Assembly: GCA_902619105.1 (NCBI GenBank)
Contig: CACNCV010000001.1
Span: forward strand, 2,121 to 66,120
Length of the DNA: 64,000 nucleotides
Direction of reading: 5' to 3'
Source of the DNA: an uncultured Pelagibacteraceae bacterium
GTDB taxonomy: Bacteria > Pseudomonadota > Alphaproteobacteria > Pelagibacterales > AG-422-B15
The stretch's first letter is position 1. Each line of letters starts with the position of its first letter. The notes under the pieces are model-generated. The model made no database searches, was not told the origin of the DNA, and worked only from the letters and a program-made list of their open reading frames with translations. The position numbers and the translations under genes were made by a program. Below are positions 53,798 through 62,979 of this stretch, piece after piece.

Positions 53798-54391
53798 TTG
53801 AACAAAATTATACCTCAGTTTGTTTTTTTTATTCCTGTATTAACAGTTATTATTTCATATTTTATTTCTTCTTTTGGGGGATTTGTTGATTGGTGTATGC
53901 CGTTACTAGATGGCTGCACATCAATCAGTAAGGTTGGTAGATATGGTATTTCTTTCTATCTATATAAAATATTTATTATTCCATCAGTCATCTTAATGAT
54001 AATTTTTTGGTATCAAGTAAATAAGTATATTTATAAAAGTAACTTACTTTTATTTCTAGGCATCACTTCTTGTATTTTTTTAATTATATATCTTTTTGCT
54101 TTAGGATTTGATGGAAAAATTTACCGGTTTATGAGAGAAATTGGAATATTTATATATTTTATACTCACACCGATGTGTCAAACTTTTTTAGCATTTTCAA
54201 TTTCTAATAACAAAATAAGATCAAAGTTTTATCTTTACACACTCCTTTCTATGTATCTTGTTTGTGTTGGAGGCTATTTATTTATTTTACCTCTTGATAA
54301 CTCTAATTATGAAAATGTGATTGAGTGGAACTTCGCACTTTTAATATTTTTATTCTTCCCTTTATTTTCAGGTTTATTAAAGAAAAACTAA
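53798..54391 (+). CDS. Hypothetical multi-pass membrane protein (possibly Frag1/DRAM-like)
   Basis: About 5-6 TMs, C.P..DGC.SIS..GR loop, terminal EW motif; TTG start. Confidence 0.7.
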   Translation: MNKIIPQFVFFIPVLTVIISYFISSFGGFVDWCMPLLDGCTSISKVGRYGISFYLYKIFIIPSVILMIIFWYQVNKYIYKSNLLLFLGITSCIFLIIYLFALGFDGKIYRFMREIGIFIYFILTPMCQTFLAFSISNNKIRSKFYLYTLLSMYLVCVGGYLFILPLDNSNYENVIEWNFALLIFLFFPLFSGLLKKN

Positions 54392-55953
54392 TGTCTGAAG
54401 TGACGAGTTCCTGTAAACACCATTGAAATACCAGCTTTATTCGCAGCTTCAATCACTTCATCATCTTTCACAGAGCCCCCAGGCTGAATAACTGCTTTAG
54501 CTCCAGATGAAATTGTAACCAGCAATCCATCGGCAAATGGAAAAAACGCATCTGATGCAACTACTGAATTTTCAAGCGAGTTTTCTTCAGACTTTTCCAT
54601 TTCGCTATTTTTTTGCGAGGCAATTTTAGCACTATCAACTCTGCTCATTTGTCCGGCACCAATACCAATTGTTTTTTTGTTTTTGACATAAATAATCGCA
54701 TTTGATTTAACGTGTTTACAAACTTTAAAAGCAAATAACATATCTTCAATTTCACTATCACTTGGTTTTTTTTCTGTAACAACTTTTAAGTCGGATTTGT
54801 TTGTATCCTTATCATCGTTTGATTGGATTAGAATCCCCCCTTCAATACTTTTAAAATTTTGCGAGCTATTTTTTTCGTGTAATGAAGACAAAAGTAAAAC
54901 ACGCAAATTATTTTTTGTTTTGAGAATTGCTTTAGCTTCATCTGTAATACCTGGCGCTATAATAACTTCGGTAAATATTTTTATGATTTGTTCAGCGGAG
55001 TCTTTATCAATTTTTTGATTGAGTGCTATGATGCCACCAAATGCACTCGTCGTATCACATGAAAACGCTTTTGTGTACGCCTCATGCAAAGTCGATCCAC
55101 TAGCAACGCCACATGGATTTGCGTGTTTGATAATAGCGACAGTTGGAGTTGCTTTCTCAAATTCTTTAATTAATTGTAAAGCAGCATCAGCATCATTAAT
55201 ATTGTTATAACTTAATTCTTTTCCTTGCAGCAATGTTGCTTGAGGAATACCCGAATTTTGCATTGATGACTTGTAGAGACTTGCAGATTGATGCGGATTT
55301 TCACCATATCGAAGCGTAGATGATAATTTTCCTGCAGCTGAAAATTTTCCTACCTCTTCATTTCTATCTTGATAAAACCAATTACTAATAAGAGAGTCGT
55401 AGTAAGCTGTAGTTGAAAAAGTTTTCGCTGCAAGTTTTTTTCTAAATTCTAAAGTTGTCGATCCTTTATTTTTCTTTATTTCATCAATTAGTTCGTCGTA
55501 ATCGTAAGTATCAGTTACTACTGTGACAAATTTATGGTTTTTAGCAGCTGATCTCAACATAGCTGGGCCACCAATATCAATATTTTCTATACAAATTTCA
55601 TCATTTTTCTCTGATTTTATCGTTTCTTCAAATGGGTAAAGATTTACAATTATTAAGTCAATATCTCCTATCCCATGTTCCTCTTGAGACTGTACATGGT
55701 TCTTGTTATCTCTTATTGAAAGCAAACCACCATGCACATTTGGGTGTAAAGTTTTAACACGCCCATCCATCATCTCAGGGAAATTGGTTAAAGAAGATAT
55801 ATCCGTCACATCAGCATCCATGGCTGCAATTGCTTTTGCGGTACCGCCTGTTGAAACTATTTTAATATTATGCTCTTTGAGAGATTGAACAACTTTATCT
55901 AAACCTGATTTATCTGAAACAGAAATCAGTGCAGTTTTAATTTTTATGTCCAA
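54388..55953 (-). CDS. purH: Bifunctional AICAR transformylase/IMP cyclohydrolase
   Basis: ALISVSDK, GRVKTLHP, RYGENPHQ, KHANPCG, SDAFFPF, RHFRH. Confidence 0.99.
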   Translation of the reverse strand: MDIKIKTALISVSDKSGLDKVVQSLKEHNIKIVSTGGTAKAIAAMDADVTDISSLTNFPEMMDGRVKTLHPNVHGGLLSIRDNKNHVQSQEEHGIGDIDLIIVNLYPFEETIKSEKNDEICIENIDIGGPAMLRSAAKNHKFVTVVTDTYDYDELIDEIKKNKGSTTLEFRKKLAAKTFSTTAYYDSLISNWFYQDRNEEVGKFSAAGKLSSTLRYGENPHQSASLYKSSMQNSGIPQATLLQGKELSYNNINDADAALQLIKEFEKATPTVAIIKHANPCGVASGSTLHEAYTKAFSCDTTSAFGGIIALNQKIDKDSAEQIIKIFTEVIIAPGITDEAKAILKTKNNLRVLLLSSLHEKNSSQNFKSIEGGILIQSNDDKDTNKSDLKVVTEKKPSDSEIEDMLFAFKVCKHVKSNAIIYVKNKKTIGIGAGQMSRVDSAKIASQKNSEMEKSEENSLENSVVASDAFFPFADGLLVTISSGAKAVIQPGGSVKDDEVIEAANKAGISMVFTGTRHFRH

Positions 55954-55954
55954 T

Positions 55955-56611
55955 TTAATGGCCTCTTAGTTTTTCAATGTTATTTGCATACTCACTTGGG
56001 CCACCTTTAAAAGTTGTGGTACCTGCCACAATCATATTGGCTCCTGCATCAATTACGGATTGCACATTATCAAAGTTAATGCCGCCATCAATTTCTAAAT
56101 CAATTTCTCTACCAGACTTATTAATTTCTTCTCTAAGTCTTGATAATTTATCCAAAGCAGTTGGAATAAATTTTTGACCGCCAAAACCTGGATGAACACT
56201 CATGACTAAGATGAGATCAAGTTTGTCCATAAAAGGTTTAACAACTTCCCATTCTGTATCCGGATTAATGGCCAGTCCCGCTTTCACATTTAAAGATTTA
56301 ATTTTACTTAAACATGCCTCCGTATCATCATTTGCTTCTGGATGAACTGAAACAATGTCCGCTCCAGCTTCGATAAATTTTTCAATATAGGGTTGTACAG
56401 GATCGATCATTAAATGAACATCGAAAGGCAATGAAGATTTATCTCTTATAGACTTAACAACATCTGGACCTATTGTGAGGTTAGGAACAAAGTGTCCATC
56501 CATTACATCTACGTGAATGTAGTCAGCTCCAGCTTGAGTGATATTAATGACCTCATCTCCTAATGATGAAAAGTCTGATGCTAGTATAGAAGGTGATATT
56601 TTAACCGACAT
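55955..56611 (-). CDS. rpe: Ribulose-phosphate 3-epimerase
   Basis: HVDVMDGHFVPNLT, DVHLM, MSVHPGFGGQ, IDGG. Confidence 0.99.
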   Translation of the reverse strand: MSVKISPSILASDFSSLGDEVINITQAGADYIHVDVMDGHFVPNLTIGPDVVKSIRDKSSLPFDVHLMIDPVQPYIEKFIEAGADIVSVHPEANDDTEACLSKIKSLNVKAGLAINPDTEWEVVKPFMDKLDLILVMSVHPGFGGQKFIPTALDKLSRLREEINKSGREIDLEIDGGINFDNVQSVIDAGANMIVAGTTTFKGGPSEYANNIEKLRGH

Positions 56612-56708
56612 TATTGTGAAGCATTATTTCCTTGTATAACAGAAAGGTTTGTTGTTTCCCACTTTTTTCATACTTTGATTAGCGATAAATAGAGATTACA
56701 TTATATAT

Positions 56709-56864
56709 ATGAAAGATGAAAAAACAGAGGTCGTCGAAGACAAAGAAGGCAAGAAAACTGACTCAAAACTGCCTAAAAAGAAAAAAGAAATAGGTGGCGC
56801 AGATGGTCCAGAACCGACCCGTTTCGGAGATTGGGAAAAAAAGGGAATTACCTCAGACTTTTAG
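56709..56864 (+). CDS. DUF1674 small protein (SDHAF4/Sdh8-like), 51 aa; absent from ORF track
   Basis: Manual translation MKDEK...KEIGGADGPEPTRFGDWEKKGITSDF matches the family signature GG..GPEPTRxGDWE.KG..SDF. Confidence 0.92.
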   Translation: MKDEKTEVVEDKEGKKTDSKLPKKKKEIGGADGPEPTRFGDWEKKGITSDF

Positions 56865-56870
56865 AATATC

Positions 56871-57287
56871 TTAGAGCTCTTGATCAAATTTTGATGGTTT
56901 CCAATCCTTTGGAGCCAGTTCTAAATCTTCAAATTCAAAAGCGGGTGCAACGCTGCATCCAATTAAGCTATATGCTCCAGTAGATTTCAAAGCAAACCAA
57001 GTTCCTTTTTCTACAGTGTACATAAAATTATTATTAGATCCTATCTGATCAATTTGGAATCCTACGCCGTCCTTTGATGTATATACGTTTAATGGACTGC
57101 CTGAGTAAAAATGTAAAGTTTCAGTTTTTGTTATTCTGTGCCAGTGAGAGTTTTCGTGTTCTTCAAGTAAGAAATATATATGAGTGACATCACCATTTCT
57201 AAAAATTTCAACGTAATGACCACCCTCAGGATGTGGAGTCATTTTGTGTTCTTCAATTAAACTTTTAATAAGATTTTTATCACTCAC
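56871..57287 (-). CDS. Cupin, DUF985 (Cupin_5) family
   Basis: PHPEGG.Y.E, IYFLL, SHWHR, CSVAPAFEF.D. Confidence 0.9.
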   Translation of the reverse strand: MSDKNLIKSLIEEHKMTPHPEGGHYVEIFRNGDVTHIYFLLEEHENSHWHRITKTETLHFYSGSPLNVYTSKDGVGFQIDQIGSNNNFMYTVEKGTWFALKSTGAYSLIGCSVAPAFEFEDLELAPKDWKPSKFDQEL

Positions 57288-57427
57288 GGTTAGTAAGCTT
57301 ACACAAGAGATATGATTTATCCAACCACCTTTTCTATAATTAATTTAATGAACATAAAGAAACCATATTCTCAACAAAATAAAGGCGGGTATATCACTTA
57401 GAATTTCTCTAACTGAAAGGAATCATA

Positions 57428-58051
57428 ATGAATCAAAAAAACAAATCTAATCATCCAAAAATAGTTTTCAGTTTCTTTATTGTTCTTATTTTCTTTTTGC
57501 TCATGTTGAGTTTTACAGCAATTGCTGAAACAAAATCTAAAGGGTGGGAAGTATGGAATGATGATAAAAATGAATACATATACATAGATAAGTTTGGATC
57601 TATTTCACAAGCAGATTTAATGGCTTTAACATTGAAGCGTGACGATTGTGATACGATAAAAGCAAATATTTACATTACAAGTTTTGGCCTTCCAATTGCT
57701 GAAAACGGAAGAAGATTTAATGTAGAAATTACAGAGACGGACTATGAAGATAATTCGGAAGAATATAAAAACGAAGTTTATATAAGCTACTCTGAAATGC
57801 ATCATGGCAATATTGTCTATGTTTTATCCTTTGATGATGAATGGAAAACTCAAGATTGGATTAATCGACTTGATGAATTTGGACCCTACTACTTCCACTT
57901 AGAACTCTCTGAGCATACTGAAGAAGAATTAGAACCATCTATATATTTTGAACATACTGCAAACCTATGGGATATGGGTGACCTTCAAAAAATATTGGTT
58001 AATGAGTATCGAAATTGCCGATTTAAAGTTAACGAAAACGAATCTGTTTGA
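57428..58051 (+). CDS. Secreted acidic hypothetical protein
   Basis: SD GAAAGGA, signal ending AIA, D/E-rich. Confidence 0.75.
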   Translation: MNQKNKSNHPKIVFSFFIVLIFFLLMLSFTAIAETKSKGWEVWNDDKNEYIYIDKFGSISQADLMALTLKRDDCDTIKANIYITSFGLPIAENGRRFNVEITETDYEDNSEEYKNEVYISYSEMHHGNIVYVLSFDDEWKTQDWINRLDEFGPYYFHLELSEHTEEELEPSIYFEHTANLWDMGDLQKILVNEYRNCRFKVNENESV

Positions 58052-58125
58052 AATTTATAATATGTCCGAAATTATAGAGCTACTAAATATTGTTTTTATT
58101 ATTTCATTATGGAGCAACTGATTAA

Positions 58126-58704
58126 ATGATAAATAAAAATCCCATTAGTTTTCTACTTCTCTTTGCTTTACTTTTATTTTTTAATACTACAATATTAATT
58201 GCCCAAGATAAAAATGACTTTCCATATTTTTGTGATCTTTATATCAGTTACTATCCTGGATTTGATGGACAATCACACGAAGAATTTCATAAAATCAGCA
58301 ATTCGGTAAGAGCTAAGACTGTAATCTTTCATGGAGAACATCCATCGCACGGCCCGTTTGAGCAACTGGGAGTAAAACTCATGGCTGATGTTTGTTATAA
58401 AAATGAAAACACAGGTCAGGTATATGTTGAGGATCCCGATGATATATGGATAAAGCACTCAAATATAAATGTTAAAAAACATCAATACTCCCTTACAGAT
58501 TTTATTTTAATATTCCTTGATGATAATAAAACAAATGAAGAAAATGATGAATGTAAAGATAAATGGTGGACTTCTTTTGAAGAAGATAAAAGAGTCATAA
58601 TTAAAGTTGCAGATATTTGGCAAGGAACGACCGCCCATTACTCCACAGCTTATGCTATCTCACCCGAGGACATCATGATCAATGGAAAGTGGATTTGTTC
58701 TTAA
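58126..58704 (+). CDS. Secreted hypothetical protein
   Basis: SD GGAG, signal ending LIA, four Cys. Confidence 0.75.
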   Translation: MINKNPISFLLLFALLLFFNTTILIAQDKNDFPYFCDLYISYYPGFDGQSHEEFHKISNSVRAKTVIFHGEHPSHGPFEQLGVKLMADVCYKNENTGQVYVEDPDDIWIKHSNINVKKHQYSLTDFILIFLDDNKTNEENDECKDKWWTSFEEDKRVIIKVADIWQGTTAHYSTAYAISPEDIMINGKWICS

Positions 58705-58831
58705 CATGGAAGAATTAGATGCTGTTTTAAACTTAGTATTTTTTATAATGACAATTTTTGATCTAGTAGATGTCAATATTTATACAGTTCTAGTATAGAA
58801 ACATACGGGAATAAGATAATCTATGTCCAAA

Positions 58832-60622
58832 CTAATTATTAAAGTGATTTTTAATATAAGTATAAATTTCTTGTCCTTTTAGTTCGTCTGTAGCTACACT
58901 CTCTCTGACATAAAACTTATCTTCAGTGAATATTGGTTCTTTAGATTTTTCACACTCAATCAATATGATGTCTTTTCCATCAATATTAATAATCCGAGTA
59001 CTGTATAAGTCATAATTGCCAGCTCCTAATTTTGCTTTAAATTTATTTTTCATATGATTTAAGAACTTATCATTACTCTTCTTGTGCAGCTTTTCTACTT
59101 CTTGTTCAATACCTAAGATTTCCCCATTATCATTAACACCTATTAAAAGTTTCCCACCTTCACTGTTAAAAAAGCCGGCAAGAGTTTTTATGCATCCTTG
59201 CTGAAGATATTCACCTTGTTCCTTTTTAGCTACATCCCAGCCAAATGTTTCTTTAAATTCTAAAGTTTGGCTCTCACCCCATTTCCTTATGAGGCTTTTA
59301 ATTTTGTCAGCTTCAGTTAATTTTCCTAAAGCATCAATTATTGAGTCTAGTCTATCTATGTCTTCTTTTGATGTTGGATTCAACAGTAAATTTTTCTGAA
59401 ATAATCCAAACTCTGAATATGCTTGAGAGATTTTCTTAACCGTTTCTAATATTTTAATTTGTTCATTTATATTAGGTAGTGGTACTTGAATTTTTGTTAG
59501 ATTAGATTTGATAATTTTTGAAATCAGAGAGCCAGTCTTTATTGAATTAAGAAGGATTTTGCCTGTTTCACTATTAAGATAAGCTACTAAGTATTCAGGC
59601 TCGACTTTCTCCTGAATAACATTAACTTGAAAAATATTTTGTGATTTAAGTATTTCTTTATCAAATGGCAAGCTTCTACAATCTTGAGTTCCTAAAGCTG
59701 GTATATAAATTGAGTTTTCTTTATGAATAAATTCCTTTTCGAATACACCTTGTCTAATTTCATTACTTATTTCATCAAGAAAGACGTGATCATACTTATT
59801 GTAACTCGTTTCAATGCTTTTCATGTCATATAAACCGTTTATTAACTCAAACGATTGGAACTCACTAAGTTCCTTGTGAATTCCATGCCGTAAATCATAT
59901 TCTATATTTTCTCCTAATCTTTTATTATTAGTTTCACTACTTTGACTCTTCGATATTCTAAAACTAGATACATTCTGATTTACTATCTCTTGCGAAACAT
60001 GTTGCATTTGATCGTCATGTGGGTAAATTTCACTAAATTCTGCAAAATAAGACTGATTGTGTATTTTTTTATCTACAAAAATTATAACTCCATCTATTCC
60101 GGTAATTGGCTCTCCAAATCCTTTAGGTAATTTAATGATTGAATTTATTGAGTATCCTTTCTCTCCAATCATATTTTGCAAGTTGTCGATTTTATTTTTA
60201 TAAAAATTTGGGTAGTAAAATATACCCAATCCTGAATCGTTTATTAAGTCTACGCTGTCAAAGATAAAATTATTATCTGACTGAATACCATTTTTTTTTA
60301 ATCCCCAAGGAAAAAACTTTATTAAAAGATCCCATTTCGTTTTTCTGTAGAGTTCTAAATCATCTTCAACTTCAATCAAATCAAAATCTATATTATGAAG
60401 AAGAACTTCAGGTATGAATAAATGGGCATAATTTAATAATAGTTTTGATTTGGGTTTCTTTATTTCAATTAGTTTTTTAAAAAATTGATAGAGTAATCTG
60501 TGTGCATCAAATCCATATTTATAGGTATGATAAAATAGTTCCTTAGGATCCGAATATTGTTTTTGTTTATCAATTATATTTTCTTTTAATCTTTCTAAGT
60601 AAAATAAATTTAATTCTTTCAT
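58832..60622 (-). CDS. Fusion: degenerate HsdM-like MTase domain + HsdS-like TRD + Schlafen/AlbA_2 domain
   Basis: KWDLLIKFFPWG, LINDSGLGIFYYP and IIKLPKGF..ITGI (HsdM-like); PEYLVAYLNS...IQVPLPNINEQIKI (HsdS-like); GESQTLEFK...AGFFNSEGGKLLIGVNDNG (AlbA_2). Confidence 0.8.
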   Translation of the reverse strand: MKELNLFYLERLKENIIDKQKQYSDPKELFYHTYKYGFDAHRLLYQFFKKLIEIKKPKSKLLLNYAHLFIPEVLLHNIDFDLIEVEDDLELYRKTKWDLLIKFFPWGLKKNGIQSDNNFIFDSVDLINDSGLGIFYYPNFYKNKIDNLQNMIGEKGYSINSIIKLPKGFGEPITGIDGVIIFVDKKIHNQSYFAEFSEIYPHDDQMQHVSQEIVNQNVSSFRISKSQSSETNNKRLGENIEYDLRHGIHKELSEFQSFELINGLYDMKSIETSYNKYDHVFLDEISNEIRQGVFEKEFIHKENSIYIPALGTQDCRSLPFDKEILKSQNIFQVNVIQEKVEPEYLVAYLNSETGKILLNSIKTGSLISKIIKSNLTKIQVPLPNINEQIKILETVKKISQAYSEFGLFQKNLLLNPTSKEDIDRLDSIIDALGKLTEADKIKSLIRKWGESQTLEFKETFGWDVAKKEQGEYLQQGCIKTLAGFFNSEGGKLLIGVNDNGEILGIEQEVEKLHKKSNDKFLNHMKNKFKAKLGAGNYDLYSTRIINIDGKDIILIECEKSKEPIFTEDKFYVRESVATDELKGQEIYTYIKNHFNN

Positions 60623-60642
60623 AGTTACTAAAAGTTTATAAT

Positions 60643-62979
60643 TTAATATAAATACCTCTGAAAATTTATAAAACTTTCCTTTATGTCTTCAGCATTCCCC
60701 ATTTGAACTTGAGCGTCATGGATACTTTTATATTTAATTATCAATAATTCACTCAAACGGTCCAGATCAAGCTCTTCAATACCTGACTCAACATATTTGC
60801 CTAAGACAAAATCAATGAACTCTTTGTGTTCAGGATTTAAATTATCTTTCATTAATTCTTCTGATTGTTCAACTCTCTGTGTTCTTGAAATAGGTTTCTT
60901 TGTGTAGGCAATATACTCTAATACATCATATATATCACTGTCTTCTGCTTCTATAAGAGATTGTATAGACCTCAAATCACTCAGAGTGAAGCCGTTCTCC
61001 TTAAGTTTCTTTAAAAGTTCATTTCTGGTAATTGGGGAGCGCCATAGTTCTCTTAATTCTTCTTCACTTTTAAGTATGTTCGGTAATGTAATAGTATTAA
61101 ATAATTTTTTAATAAACTCTTCAGCTGTTACTGGTTGGCCTTGAAAATAAAAAAGAGATGTGGACATAGATTTAATTGTAAGTTCTTTTCCTTCAGCCAG
61201 TTTGATTACTATTTTTTCTTTAGGCTCTTGGGGTTCTGGATCTTCTCCTGGATCATCAATTAGTCCTTGATCTGGTTCTCGATCATCGCCAGGTTTTGTG
61301 CCAGTCTCGTCTTCTGGAATTGGATCTCCATCCCACTCAGGATCGGAAAAATTAGCTGAAGCACCTACAAAATCAACAACTGTGAAATAGAATTTATCCT
61401 CAAATAGCCTTGTGCCTCTGCCTATGATTTGTTTGAATTCAATCATATTGTTAACAGGTCTCATTAATACGATGTTGCGAATATTAAGCGCGTCCACACC
61501 TGTGCTTAGTTTTTGACTGGTTGTTAAGATTGTTGGTAAAGTTTTTTCATTATCTTGGAACTGTCTAAGATGTGTATCACCTGTTTCAGTATCTTTAGAA
61601 GTTACTCTGACACAATAATCAGCAGGAGGATTAACTGATAATTGATTAATTAAATCTCTAACCATTCCTGCATGGGCAATACTTGCACAAAAAACGAGTG
61701 TTTTTTCTTTTGTATTTATACTGTCCAACATTAGTTGAACCCGTTTTTTTTCTCTCTCTTCAATAACAATTTTTTTATTAAAATCCTTCTCTTTAAATAC
61801 TTCGCCTTCTTCAAGTTGTTCCTCACCCGATAAGACTTCATCATCACCTGTATATACATACTCATCCATTGTTGTTTGAATTCTTTTGACTTTAAATGGC
61901 GTTAAGAAACCATCCTTGATTCCATCTTTAAGTGAATAAGTGTAAACAGGTTCTCCGAAATAAGAGTAAGTATCAGCATTAAATTTTCTCTTTGGAGTTG
62001 CGGTTAATCCAATTTGAACAGCCGAAGCAAAATAATCTAATATTCCTCGCCAACGACTTTCATCTTTAGCCCCACCTCTGTGACACTCATCAACAATAAC
62101 CAAATCGAAAAAATCTGCAGGATATTGTCCAAAATAAGGTTTGTTTTCAGGACCTGACATGAAGCTCTGGAAAATTGTGAAGAATACAGATCCATTCGTT
62201 GGGACACGGCCTTTATCTTTTACATCTTTAGGAGTAATCCTAACCAAAGCATTTTCATCAAAAGCACTAAATGAATTAAAAGCCTGATTAGCAAGTATGT
62301 TTCTATCTGCAAGAAATAGAATACGCGGGATTCTCTTACCATCTCTTTGCATATTCCATCGTGCTTGAAATAATTTCCATGCAATATGAAATGCTATGAC
62401 TGTTTTTCCAGTTCCTGTGGCTAAGGTGAGTAATATCCGTTGTTGTTTGTCAGCTATAGCATCTAGCGCGTTATTTATTGCAATTTCTTGGTAATAACGT
62501 GGTTCTCTCGTTCCCTTGAAAGGTTCAAATGGTATTGCATCAAATTTACTGGACCATTCATTTTTATCTTTAAATGTCTTATCCCATAACTCATCAGGTG
62601 TTGGATATTTATCTATTTCACCCTCAGAGGTAATGAACATTTCACCTTGCTCATTTTTAGAATAATTTATGCAATAAATTTTCTTACCATTTGAAGAATA
62701 TGTCGTAAGAATTTTTAACTTTTGAGCGTAGTCTTTTGCTTGTTGAACTCCATCACTCACAGGCAATTCATCGCTTTTAGCTTCAATGACTGCTAATTTT
62801 CTATTTTTGTAAATTAATACGTAATCGGCTCTGATAATTCCTGCGCGAATGCCGCCTGGCTTAATCTCACCATTTGTAATTTTAAACTCTCTTCGGACCA
62901 AACTACCTTCAACAACTCCCCATCCTGCATCTTTTATCTTAGGGTCAATCAGCTCTGCACGGGTATCTGCTTCGTTCAT
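60643..62979 (-). CDS. hsdR: Type I restriction enzyme R subunit (EcoAI/EcoEI-like)
   Basis: ADYVL..VIEAK nuclease, LATGTGKT, DECHRG, GLTATP, QIIGRGTR. Confidence 0.96.
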   Translation of the reverse strand: MNEADTRAELIDPKIKDAGWGVVEGSLVRREFKITNGEIKPGGIRAGIIRADYVLIYKNRKLAVIEAKSDELPVSDGVQQAKDYAQKLKILTTYSSNGKKIYCINYSKNEQGEMFITSEGEIDKYPTPDELWDKTFKDKNEWSSKFDAIPFEPFKGTREPRYYQEIAINNALDAIADKQQRILLTLATGTGKTVIAFHIAWKLFQARWNMQRDGKRIPRILFLADRNILANQAFNSFSAFDENALVRITPKDVKDKGRVPTNGSVFFTIFQSFMSGPENKPYFGQYPADFFDLVIVDECHRGGAKDESRWRGILDYFASAVQIGLTATPKRKFNADTYSYFGEPVYTYSLKDGIKDGFLTPFKVKRIQTTMDEYVYTGDDEVLSGEEQLEEGEVFKEKDFNKKIVIEEREKKRVQLMLDSINTKEKTLVFCASIAHAGMVRDLINQLSVNPPADYCVRVTSKDTETGDTHLRQFQDNEKTLPTILTTSQKLSTGVDALNIRNIVLMRPVNNMIEFKQIIGRGTRLFEDKFYFTVVDFVGASANFSDPEWDGDPIPEDETGTKPGDDREPDQGLIDDPGEDPEPQEPKEKIVIKLAEGKELTIKSMSTSLFYFQGQPVTAEEFIKKLFNTITLPNILKSEEELRELWRSPITRNELLKKLKENGFTLSDLRSIQSLIEAEDSDIYDVLEYIAYTKKPISRTQRVEQSEELMKDNLNPEHKEFIDFVLGKYVESGIEELDLDRLSELLIIKYKSIHDAQVQMGNAEDIKESFINFQRYLY

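Noticed and set aside
61215-61340. Pro/Asp/Glu-rich low-complexity insert in HsdR
   Set aside because: An acidic Pro-rich linker before the C-terminal domain is usual in EcoAI-like HsdR
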